Below are positions 21,539-30,783 of a stretch of DNA of 64,000 nt, piece after piece. Position numbers and translations under genes: made by a program. Source of the stretch: Endomicrobiales bacterium. Its GTDB lineage: Bacteria; Elusimicrobiota; Endomicrobiia; Endomicrobiales; CAWCFT01. The number at the start of each line of letters is the position of its first letter. The stretch's first letter is position 1. The notes beneath the pieces are model-generated. The model searched no databases, was not told the origin of the DNA, and was given only the letters and a program-made list of their open reading frames with translations. The stretch covers positions 64,001-128,000 of the forward strand of contig CAWCFT010000004.1 in NCBI GenBank assembly GCA_963794945.1, given 5' to 3'.

Positions 21539-21907
21539 ATGGCATACAGGATACTTGTCGTAGACGATGATTTTGATAATAGAACTATAGCTTCCGAAAT
21601 ACTGGTTTCAGCTGGGCACATAGTTTTTACCGCAACGAACGGCATTGAAGGCATAGAAATCGCAGCTAAGGAAAAACCTGACATGATATTTCTCGACCTC
21701 TCGATGCCCAAGATGAGCGGCTGGGAGGTAGCCTCGAAACTCAAATCCATGCCGGATGTGTGCGCAATACCAATAATAGCCTTCACCGCTCACGCCATGG
21801 TCGGGGACGAAAAGAAGGCGATCGATGCGGGCTGCAACGATTATCTCACAAAACCATGCATCCCGGACAATATCCTTGAGAAAGTAAAAAAATGGAGCAA
21901 GCAATGA
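21539..21907 (+). CDS. Single-domain response regulator (DivK-like)
   Basis: ILVVDD, DLSMP, TAHAMVGD, TKP. Confidence 0.9.
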   Translation: MAYRILVVDDDFDNRTIASEILVSAGHIVFTATNGIEGIEIAAKEKPDMIFLDLSMPKMSGWEVASKLKSMPDVCAIPIIAFTAHAMVGDEKKAIDAGCNDYLTKPCIPDNILEKVKKWSKQ

Positions 21908-22269
21908 AAATACTGATAGTCGATGATGACGCGAACAACCGCGATATACTCAAAACTCATCTAATGATCGCGGGCTACACGGTTGAAGAAGCTTCGAACG
22001 GTGAAGAAGGAGCTGCCTGAGCTTTGAATGGATCATTCGACTTTGTAATACTGGACCTTATGATGCCGAAAAAAGACGGATGGCAGGTGTGTAAACTGTT
22101 GAAAACATCAGAGAAAACCAAGGATGTGCCCGTTATTCTCCTAACTGCCAGGACCCAGCCTATAGACGAGCTCCGTGGCTGGGAATGCGGTGCAAACGCG
22201 TATGTAACTAAGCCGGTTGACTACGCAGAGCTGCTAGAAACTATAAAGAAACTGGCGCAAAATAAATAA
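21904..22269 (+). CDS. Single-domain response regulator (frameshift near 22015)
   Basis: MKILIVDDDANNRDIL from ATG 21904 joins DLMMP...LTA...TKP ORF. Confidence 0.85.
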
Positions 22270-22291
22270 TCATGCTTTACAGAGGGGTGCA

Positions 22292-23836
22292 ATGGACAAA
22301 CTGAAATTCAAGACGATCGATCTCTCATCAATAACTATTTCCAATGATGTCCTCAAACTTGTACCCCTTGGAATAATGCAAAAATACGCCTTCATCCCGT
22401 TCGACATCCAGGGTGGCAAGCTTTTCATAGCCGTTGAGAACCCCGGAGATATAAATACAGTAGACAACATCAGGGTGATCACAGGCTACGACCTCGACCT
22501 TTTCGCAGACACCAAGGAGTCAATAGAAAATACTCTGAAAAGATTGAGTTCGGCATTTGACGAGAATATCCAGAACGACGAACTTGCTTTTACCAATATA
22601 GAAGCTTCTCATGCGGCTGGCGGCGAAAGCCAGGGCAATGAACAACCTGCAATTGTCAGGCTTGTAGATAAACTCATAAGCTTGGCCGTAGCCAAGAGGG
22701 CCAGCGATATTCACCTTGAACCGCAGCAGGACGGGCTTTTCGTAAGGTTCAGGGTAGACGGTATTCTCATCACTATCCACAAATTCCCCAAACCTATCCA
22801 GTCGCCTCTCCTTTCAAGGATCAAGATACTTGCCAGTATGGACATTACTGAAAGAAGGCTCCCGCAGGACGGTCAAATATCGCTCGAAGTGAACCACCGC
22901 AGTATTGACCTGCGCGTCTCAACGCTTCCCGGAAAATACGGAGAAAAGACTGTTATCCGCGTGCTGGACAAGACCGGTTTCTCGCTTGATCTAAGTCAGC
23001 TTGGTTTCGACCCGATCATGCAGAGCACTTTCGAAACGATCATACAGCAGCCGCAAGGCATGCTTCTTGTCACCGGCCCCACAGGCAGTGGAAAGACCAC
23101 CACGCTTTATTCCGCTATCAATAAGCTCCGGTCCCCTCTTAAGAACGTTATTACTCTCGAAGACCCAATAGAGTACGAGCTGCTCGCGGGAAAAAACAAC
23201 GAGGCGGGCATTACACAGGTACAGATAAACTCGAAGATAGGTATGACGTTTTCGGCTGCCCTCCGGGCCGCGCTGAGGCAGGACCCCGACATAATAATGG
23301 TTGGCGAGATACGCGACAAGGAAACAGCAGAGATCGCGATGAAAGCGTCCCTCACAGGCCACCTGGTACTTTCTACCCTTCACACGAACGATTCTTTCGG
23401 CACGCTTGTGCGGCTAAAAGACATGGGAATAGAGCTTTATCTTATTAGCTCGACGGTCGCGGCTATATTGGCACAGCGCCTTGTCAGAGTTCTTTGTCCG
23501 CACTGCAAAGAAGCCTACAAACCCCCCGCCCGCGCACTGAAACTTCTTCTTGGGCCAACACACATGGTATCGGCTGCTGATAAAGAGATCGTGCTCTACC
23601 GGGCAAAAGGATGCGACAAATGCCAGTCAATGGGTTATCGCGGCAGAAGAGGAATATATGAACTGCTCATTATTAACGATGAGCTCAAGACTATAATAAA
23701 TTCAGGAATTAATTCAGAAATTCTCAAGCAGAACCCTCACATTAACAAAATGAAATCGTTGAGGGAAAGCGGATTCGACCTGGTAGCGCAGGGAATAACG
23801 ACCATCGAAGAGATATTCCGGGTGACGGTAGAGTAG
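22292..23836 (+). CDS. GspE/PilB-family traffic ATPase
   Basis: ASDIHLEP, RLPQDG, GPTGSGKT, EDPIEY, RQDPD..VGEIRD, GHLVLSTLH, CPHC/CDKC. Confidence 0.95.
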   Translation: MDKLKFKTIDLSSITISNDVLKLVPLGIMQKYAFIPFDIQGGKLFIAVENPGDINTVDNIRVITGYDLDLFADTKESIENTLKRLSSAFDENIQNDELAFTNIEASHAAGGESQGNEQPAIVRLVDKLISLAVAKRASDIHLEPQQDGLFVRFRVDGILITIHKFPKPIQSPLLSRIKILASMDITERRLPQDGQISLEVNHRSIDLRVSTLPGKYGEKTVIRVLDKTGFSLDLSQLGFDPIMQSTFETIIQQPQGMLLVTGPTGSGKTTTLYSAINKLRSPLKNVITLEDPIEYELLAGKNNEAGITQVQINSKIGMTFSAALRAALRQDPDIIMVGEIRDKETAEIAMKASLTGHLVLSTLHTNDSFGTLVRLKDMGIELYLISSTVAAILAQRLVRVLCPHCKEAYKPPARALKLLLGPTHMVSAADKEIVLYRAKGCDKCQSMGYRGRRGIYELLIINDELKTIINSGINSEILKQNPHINKMKSLRESGFDLVAQGITTIEEIFRVTVE

Positions 23837-23888
23837 GTCGCCGCTATTTTAAGGTTTTTTTAGCCGGAAGCTGGGCAAAGGTTTTACA

Positions 23889-24278
23889 ATGGCAAAAAAC
23901 AGAACTATACTTATCATCGACGACGAGAAAGGCTACAGGGACTTTTACAAGTTCGTCCTTGAGCCGATCGGTTATGACGTCTCTTCCGCAGCTGACGGCG
24001 AAGAGGGCCTTAGGATGGCACTGGACAACTCTTACGACTTGATCCTCCTCGATGTTCACATGCCTAAAATGAGGGGCCCGGAAGTGCTCACCGAAATAAA
24101 AAAAGTTAAGCCGTTTCAGATAGTAATAATATTCAGCTCCAGCTCCGACCCGACCTTCAGCTTCGAGAACAAGGCAAAAGAACTCGGCGCGTTCGAATGC
24201 CTGTATAAACCTGTTGACCTTGAAGACATGCTCAAGATAATGGACAGAGCGATGATTTCTTCGGGAGGCCTCAAATGA
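23889..24278 (+). CDS. Single-domain response regulator
   Basis: ILIIDDE, DVHMP, YKP. Confidence 0.9.
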   Translation: MAKNRTILIIDDEKGYRDFYKFVLEPIGYDVSSAADGEEGLRMALDNSYDLILLDVHMPKMRGPEVLTEIKKVKPFQIVIIFSSSSDPTFSFENKAKELGAFECLYKPVDLEDMLKIMDRAMISSGGLK

Positions 24279-25912
24279 ACAACCTTATAGACAGGGCCAA
24301 CACAAAAATACTAATTATCGATGATGAACCCGGTATAAGGAACCTCCTGAGCTATGAACTCAGCCTTCAGGGTTATTCAGTTACCACGGCGCCGAACGGT
24401 GAAGAAGGCGTTGAGTTGGTAAAGAAAGATAAATTCAACCTTATACTCTCTGACATAAAAATGCCGCGGATGGACGGTATACAGGTGCTCGAAGCCGTAA
24501 AGGAGATCGACCCAGACATTGAGGTCATTATGATCACCGGCTTCGGAACCATAGGCACCGCCGTGAACGCAATCAAAAAAGGCGCCTACGATTTTGTCCA
24601 GAAACCTTTCAACCTAGACGAAATACTGACCCTTGTAGAAAAGGCGCTTGAAAAAGCGGACCTCAAAGCGCTAGTGGCCCTTTATGAGACCAGCAAAGCT
24701 ATATTTTCATCGATAAAACTAGACGACCTGTTCCCTATCCTGATATCGCTTTCTATCAAACTGCTAAAAGCCGATGATGTCTCCATAATGCTTAAAGATG
24801 AGAACGGTGAACTGCGAATAGCCGCTTCCTATGGCCTGGGCAGCGATGACGACAGGTCGCTTAGGCTTCGTCTCGGTGACAAATTCATTAAAGACACAAA
24901 AGAGCGACCGGAAATATCTTTTATCGTAGGCCCTCTTGAAAATGAACAGGACTTCAGCGGCATCGGGAACGTTTCAAAAGTAAGGTCGGCTGTTATCTGC
25001 CCCCTTCTGTCAAAAACCAGAAGCCTGGGCGTCCTTGTAGCAGCAAAAACAAAATCTGAGCTGCAGTTTAATTATTCCGACCAGCGTTACGCTGATATCT
25101 TCGCTTCTCAGGTATCTCAGGCCATTGACAACGCCCAGCTATACAGCGAACTTGAAAAAAAGGTTTCGGCCCTCAACGAGGCATACAGCAAGCTTACGGA
25201 AGTTCACAAAGAACTGATCCAGTCGGAAAAACTCGCGGCTGTAGGCCAGCTGTCCGCCGGGGTTGCCCACGAGCTCAACAACCCGCTCACGATAGTCATA
25301 GGCCTAACGGAACTCCTTCTTGAGGACGCGGATCAACCCGTAGAGAAGATCAATGACCTGCAGTCAATAAAAAAACAGGCTGAACGCTGCCGCAACATAA
25401 TACTTAACCTTCTTCAATTCGCGCAGAAAAACGAAACGGAAAAGAAATCGGTCCAGATAAACGCTCTCCTGGATAAAACTATTGAGTTGTGGAGTTACAA
25501 CACGACAAATTCAAAGATCGAGATAATAAGGGACTTTGACCCCTCGCTTTTCCAGATAGTGGTGAACCAGTACCAGATACAGCAGGTCTTCATAAATATC
25601 ATGAATAACGCCCATTATGCCACCTGCGGCATTGAAAAACCCCGCATGGAGATCAAGACATCAAACGAAGGAAATTACGTAAGAATACGTTTCAAGGACA
25701 ACGGCTGCGGTATCGGGGATGATCATATCGGCAAGATATTCGACCCCTTCTTTACTACGAAAGATGTCGGTAAAGGGATGGGTATGGGGCTTAGTATAAC
25801 GTACGGCATAATAAAAGAACACGGCGGAGATATTCGCGTTGAAAGCAAGGAAGGAGCGGGCTCAACGTTCACTATCGACCTGCCTGTTGAAGCAAAACCA
25901 ATAAAATCGTGA
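24275..25912 (+). CDS. REC-GAF-histidine kinase
   Basis: SDIKMP receiver, GAF, AHELNNPL, GMGMGL. Confidence 0.92.
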   Translation: MNNLIDRANTKILIIDDEPGIRNLLSYELSLQGYSVTTAPNGEEGVELVKKDKFNLILSDIKMPRMDGIQVLEAVKEIDPDIEVIMITGFGTIGTAVNAIKKGAYDFVQKPFNLDEILTLVEKALEKADLKALVALYETSKAIFSSIKLDDLFPILISLSIKLLKADDVSIMLKDENGELRIAASYGLGSDDDRSLRLRLGDKFIKDTKERPEISFIVGPLENEQDFSGIGNVSKVRSAVICPLLSKTRSLGVLVAAKTKSELQFNYSDQRYADIFASQVSQAIDNAQLYSELEKKVSALNEAYSKLTEVHKELIQSEKLAAVGQLSAGVAHELNNPLTIVIGLTELLLEDADQPVEKINDLQSIKKQAERCRNIILNLLQFAQKNETEKKSVQINALLDKTIELWSYNTTNSKIEIIRDFDPSLFQIVVNQYQIQQVFINIMNNAHYATCGIEKPRMEIKTSNEGNYVRIRFKDNGCGIGDDHIGKIFDPFFTTKDVGKGMGMGLSITYGIIKEHGGDIRVESKEGAGSTFTIDLPVEAKPIKS

Positions 25913-26553
25913 TGAAAAACAATAACCTGAAAAACAGCTGGCTCAGCCTGAAAAAGGATATCATTCGCCGGCTGGATGACTTCAAAAAGAAATGGCGCAC
26001 AGGCTCGGATGAAGACATATTCGCCGAGCTCGTTTTCTGCCTCTTTACTCCGCAGTCAAAAGCGAAATCCTGCTGGGCATCCGTTAACGTCATCCTCGAT
26101 AAAAAACTTCTCTTAAAAGGCACAAAAACCGAGATAGCACGTGAGCTTAAAGGTGTAAGGTTCCACAACAACAAAGCAGGTTATGTCGTGCGCGCGAGGG
26201 AACAGTTCACGAAAAACGGCAAAATATCGATCAAGCCCCTTATATCCGGCTTTAGGGATATCTTTGAAACAAGAGAGTGGCTGGTCAGAAACGTTAAAGG
26301 GCTGGGCTACAAAGAGGCGAGCCATTTCCTGAGGAACATTGGTTTCGGCGAAAAGATAACTATATTGGACAGGCACATATTGAAAAATCTCAAAAAATCA
26401 GGCGTGATAAACCGGGTGCCTCCGACAATAACCAAGAAAATATATTTCGAAATTGAAAAGAAAATGGTAGATTTCGCAAAAAGGACAAAGATTCCGCTGG
26501 CCCACATGGACCTCTTGTTCTGGTGCAACGAGACAGGCGAGATTTTCAAGTAA
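25909..26553 (+). CDS. ogg: 8-oxoguanine DNA glycosylase/AP lyase (Ogg2/archaeal-Thermotoga type)
   Basis: ELVFCLFTPQS, RFHNNKA, KGLGYKEASHFLRNIG, ILDRH, C-terminal GEIFK. Confidence 0.9.
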   Translation: MMKNNNLKNSWLSLKKDIIRRLDDFKKKWRTGSDEDIFAELVFCLFTPQSKAKSCWASVNVILDKKLLLKGTKTEIARELKGVRFHNNKAGYVVRAREQFTKNGKISIKPLISGFRDIFETREWLVRNVKGLGYKEASHFLRNIGFGEKITILDRHILKNLKKSGVINRVPPTITKKIYFEIEKKMVDFAKRTKIPLAHMDLLFWCNETGEIFK

Positions 26554-26555
26554 TA

Positions 26556-26635
26556 ATTGAAGATTTAGAAAATTAAAAGATTTAAAATTTAAATACGTTA
26601 ATCTCGAATTTTAAATTTTCCAATCTTCTAAATTT
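26556..26635. repeat. AT-rich 7/8-mer-periodic imperfect inverted repeat between convergent genes
   Basis: GATTTAGAAAATTAAAAGATTTAAAATT mirrored by AATTTTAAATTTTCCAATCTTCTAAAT. Confidence 0.6.
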
Positions 26636-27146
26636 ATTTGCCAGGTTTCACGTAGGTCGGCGCATTAATAGGAGTAAACCCGCCTTTTATCTTGTGGTAG
26701 TAAGAATAGCTCATCCCCTGCGTATCCTCCAGCACTTCAGCGTCTACAACCTTTCCCAGAAATAGTGTGTGTGTCCCGCAGTCAAAGCTCGCCACGACTT
26801 CCGTGTCGAAATAAGCTATAGCGAAATCCAACACTATGGGAGCGCCGGTCACGCCGGCCTTGTATTTGACATTCGCGAACTTGTCTATATTCCTTCCGGA
26901 CTTAAACCCGAACTGCCCTATGAAAGGCATCGTCGCTTCCCTCGACAGCATTGAAACTGAGAACACCTTACTTTCTGATATAAACTCGTGAGTAAAGTTC
27001 TTTTTTGAAATGCTCGCTGCTATCGTGCAGGGTTCGGATGTCACCTGAAATACCGTGTTCGCTACCTGCCCGTTTAGCTTATCGCCTTTCTTCGAGCTCA
27101 CTATGTACATCCCGTATTTAATCTTTTGCAAAGCTTTCAGATTCAT
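26634..27146 (-). CDS. Flavin reductase family protein
   Basis: YGMYIVSS, NGQVANTVFQVT, FGFKSGR, GTHTLF. Confidence 0.9.
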   Translation of the reverse strand: MNLKALQKIKYGMYIVSSKKGDKLNGQVANTVFQVTSEPCTIAASISKKNFTHEFISESKVFSVSMLSREATMPFIGQFGFKSGRNIDKFANVKYKAGVTGAPIVLDFAIAYFDTEVVASFDCGTHTLFLGKVVDAEVLEDTQGMSYSYYHKIKGGFTPINAPTYVKPGK

Positions 27147-27197
27147 TTATCGCTCCTGTTCTGGTAAAGCGTCCGTCAAAAGCTTGAAAACAGAATA

Positions 27198-27497
27198 TCA
27201 CATCAATCCTGGTATCTTCATCCCGCCGGTAAGCTTCTTGGCTTCTTCCGCCATTACTTCCTGCGACTTCTTGACAGCTGCCTGAACTGCGCACAATATG
27301 GCCTTCTCGGCTTTTCCAATGTCCTGTTTGAACACATCCGGCGAAAGCTTTATATCCTGCACTTCGGATTTGGCGTTTATCGTTATCTTGATCCCGTTAG
27401 TATCCACCTCTATTATCTTTGCCTTTAACTGCTTATCCATCTCCGCGAGCCTGGACTTCATTGCCATTGCTTCTTTCATCATCTTGAACATATCCAT
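27198..27497 (-). CDS. ybaB: YbaB/EbfC nucleoid-associated protein
   Basis: MFKMMKEA...LTGGMKIPGLM pattern, 99 aa. Confidence 0.85.
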   Translation of the reverse strand: MDMFKMMKEAMAMKSRLAEMDKQLKAKIIEVDTNGIKITINAKSEVQDIKLSPDVFKQDIGKAEKAILCAVQAAVKKSQEVMAEEAKKLTGGMKIPGLM

Positions 27498-27519
27498 TTG
27501 TATATTTCTCCTTTTTGTT

Positions 27520-28787
27520 TCATTCTACAATTTTTGAATTATTTTTACCAATCAATCCGCTCACTTTGGGGCCCTTGAAATGGTACCTGCCGATCAGGCC
27601 GCAGCGGTCCTGTATGCCAAAATTCTCAGCTATAAGCACCGATGAAGGCTTTATCGTAAAATCGCCGTATTTTTTGTTGATCTCGTCAACTATGCCGGTG
27701 AGTTTCTGGTCTCTCTCGATATCTTCAAAAAGAAATTTCTGCCCGGCGTCTTTCTCGAGATTAGATATGCTGACACCCAAAAGCCTCACGGGTTTTTCAA
27801 GGGGAAGAGCGCCACCCAGTATCTCAAGCGCCGTTGAAAACATGTCGCGACCTTTTCTTATGTAATGCTTGAGGCTCTTCTGCCTGCCGAACGACGTAAA
27901 ATCCCCGTAGCGCACGTAGAAATGCACAGTCTTGCCTGACATCCCAGCCCGCCTCAGGCGCGCGGCGGTCTTTTCGCAGAGCATGAGAAGGTACGACCTT
28001 ATAGTCTGCATGTCGTAGGTATCTTTCGGAAGAGTGTGGCTGTGTCCGAACGACTTCTCCCGTTCGCAGTAGCTGTATTCCTTAACTGTAGAAGAATCCT
28101 CTCCGAGCCCTATCCTCTTAAGGTGCCAGCCTGATATCCCGAAGTGGAACATCATGAAATCTTCGCTGGCTTCGCCAAGCTCTTTGGCGGTATTAATACC
28201 AGCCGCTTGAGCTTTTCCGATATTTTGCCCCCCACGCCCACCCCTTGGAGTTTTTCCACGGGCACAGCCTCAAAAACCTTCGGTATATCCGCGCGCGATA
28301 TCTCCACAAGCCCATCGGGCTTCTGCATCTTGCTCGCGAGCTTCGATATGACCTTGTTCGGCCCTATGCCTATGGAGCAGAGTAGGTTGAGCTCGCTCTT
28401 TATCAGTTGTTTTATTTCTTTTGCTATGTCCCGGGCCGACCTCTCCGGCCGCACAAGCGGCGTGACGTCCACAAAACATTCGTCTATGGAATACGGCTCT
28501 ACTTGAGATGTAAAACGCAGCAGTATTTCGTGTATGTTGAGCGACGACCCCACATATTTGTGCATATCGCCCACGACCGTGACAAGCCCCGGGCATACAT
28601 TTTTTGCCTCGTACGGAGTCATGCCGGTTTTTACCCCAAAAGCCTTTGCCTCGTAAGAAGCGGCGGTAACTATTGTCCTGCCCTCCCCGCAAACAGCTAT
28701 AGGCTTTCCGCGCAGAGCGGGATTGACCGCCTGCTCAACGGATGCAAAAAACGCGTTCATATCGATAAGAAAGATTTTAGGTTCCAT
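27520..28787 (-). CDS. dinB: DNA polymerase IV, Y family (frameshift near 28200)
   Basis: IDMNAFFASVEQ, ASYEAK, SIDE, SKMQKPDG; C-terminal little-finger domain (KSFGHSHT, VRLLGV). Confidence 0.92.
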
Positions 28788-28822
28788 ATTAGTTTTGGGG
28801 GTATCCGGATAGTTAAAGGCAG

Positions 28823-29071
28823 TTAATCTAAGATCGTCTTTTCCAATGTCCAGGACATTGTTTTCTGATTTAAGGATATCTCGAAAGATGTGGCCCCATC
28901 TGTAACAGCGAAATACTGAATAACAGCGTCGCCTTCCCTGGCTTTCCAGGAATAACTAATTTCTTTGACATCTATTTTGCGCCCGCTCCACAGAAACCAC
29001 TTTGGCCTTATATTTGCCTTGCCGAACACAGCGCCCACCTCGATAGTTTCGTTTATCTTTTCAGTTTGCAT
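28823..29071 (-). CDS. Small beta-rich protein between lexA and dinB (DUF6504-like)
   Basis: 82 aa, abuts the lexA stop; P..F.W.GR...V..I...W pattern. Confidence 0.7.
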   Translation of the reverse strand: MQTEKINETIEVGAVFGKANIRPKWFLWSGRKIDVKEISYSWKAREGDAVIQYFAVTDGATSFEISLNQKTMSWTLEKTILD

Positions 29072-29663
29072 TTAAACCTTCCTGGTCAGATATACCACTT
29101 TTCCTGCTATCTCAATACTTTTGCCGCGTATAGGCTCGTACTTTGGGTTTTCCGGCTGGAGGTAGACCTCTGTGCCTTTTTTGCGCAGGCGCTTTACCGT
29201 GCCTTCGCTTCCGTCAACTTTGGCTACCACTATCTCGCCGTCTTCGGCGTCGGGCTGCTGGCGGACAACTATGGTGTCGCCCTCGTATATGCCGGCGCCT
29301 ACCATGCTGTCGCCTTTGACTTTCAAGGCAAAGTATGTGCCGTTTAAAACCATGCCCTTTTCAAGATAAAGATAATCCTCTATGCCCTCTATGGCCTCGG
29401 AAGGGTTGCCGGCAGGGACACTGCCCAGAACCGGAACAGTCATCCATGGCTTGTGCAGACGCCGGCATTATACCGCGGGAAAGGCCGGGGGTGTGCTTCA
29501 GATGCCCCTTCTTTACCAGGGCCGCAATATGTTTCTGAGCGGCGCCTATGCTGAAATTGAAATGCCCGGCTACCTCTCTTATAGAAGGTGCCCTGCCGAA
29601 ATCGGATATAAACCCCGAAATATGGCCCAGAACATTCTTCTGCTTCTCAGTTATTTTTTCCAT
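29072..29663 (-). CDS. lexA: SOS repressor LexA (frameshift near 29450)
   Basis: N-terminal HTH (TEKQ..PSIREVA), Ala-Gly cleavage site VPAG, GDSM, TVKR; AGGAGG before ATG 29663. Confidence 0.92.
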
Positions 29664-29683
29664 AATAACCTCCTGTGTCATGT

Positions 29684-29712
29684 ATTATAGTATACATATG
29701 TATACCTGTCAA
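29684..29712 (-). promoter_or_regulatory. Consensus sigma70 promoter of lexA with a palindromic candidate operator in the spacer
   Basis: TTGACA-GGTATACATATGTATAC-TATAAT; 16-bp perfect palindrome at 29690-29705. Confidence 0.85.
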
Positions 29713-29770
29713 GATATAATAATAACCGTTCCCGGGACTCCTGACAGGAGACCGCAGAACGGCTTAAGTA

Positions 29771-30666
29771 CTATTTCAATCCTAGAAGCTCTTTGAGGCG
29801 GGTAGCATTCTTAGCGGCGGCCCTGGTGGCAGTTATTGAAAAAAACGAATGTTTTTTTGGCCGAAGCATCCATTTTCTTTAGTTCCGGCAGAAAACCTTC
29901 CAGCTCGCTATCAGTGTAAAGATAGTTGTAACGCTCTTCCATTGGAGCGTTGAACCAGTTAGGGTTCCTGCCGTGAAGCCTTAGGTATGCGTTATCAGAG
30001 GTCACTTCGTTAACAAAAGGCATAAGGCGCGGCAACTTCGGCTCATCAACAACGCAGTAGCCGAGGCCGTTTTCCTTAAGGAACCCGAATGTCTCCGGCT
30101 TTGCCCAGGCGCGGTTACGGAACTCTATTATAAGCGGTGTATCCCCGAACCTTTGTTTGCAGTTTGTCAGATACCGATGAGAGCCTGCCGAAGGCTCGAA
30201 AAACACCGGGAACTGCAGGAGCACTCCGCCCAGTTTACCCTTGTCTTTCAATGGCCTTATCGAGTAGCAGAATTTGTCAACATTACCCAGCGCGTCTTTT
30301 TCCGAAGGCCTATTTGCGCCAAGACGGGTGTCGAATGGGTCATGTGTTATACCCCTGTAGCCTTTTACCACGAACTCGAAACCGGGACCGGTTTTCTTCT
30401 CCATACCCGCAAACGACTTATCCGAAACAAGCGCGTAATACGTCGAATTTATCTCAACACAGTCGAACCGCAGTTCACGCTCGTAAAATGCAAGCGCATC
30501 TTTCGGCTGGAGGTTTTTCGGGTAAACCCCGTTAGAAATGCCCGGACCATCAAGCTCAAACAATAGCGGCTGGCATACCTGTGTTTTTAGTATGAACATT
30601 TCTAACGTGGTAAACCGTCCCCCGCCAGTCCGCGAACGAAAATCCGGAGGTTCCTATTTTTATCAT
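29771..30666 (-). CDS. DUF72 (YecE) family protein with an ~87-bp palindromic insertion and frameshifts
   Basis: MIKIGTSGFSFADWRGTVY from 30666; VEINSTYY, LLQFP, IEFRN, YLRLHGRN, FFNN. Confidence 0.88.
30525..30612. mobile_element. Short TIR element inserted in the DUF72 gene
   Basis: ACCCCGTTAGAAATG...CATTTCTAACGTGGT; GGTAAACC occurs at 30521 and 30609 (88 bp apart). Confidence 0.7.
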
Positions 30667-30783
30667 TTTTAAATTTCTCTGCAGTTTTTCAATATGATTG
30701 CCGACAATAATAGCTGCCTATATATTATACAATATAAAGCAACGGGCTTTACTTCCGCGTCCAAATCATATAGAATGTGTTAT

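Noticed and set aside
22292..22560. c-di-GMP-binding MshEN motif on the PilB/GspE ATPase
   Set aside because: The RLGxxL...LxxxLxxQ motif is absent; only the downstream subdomain is present
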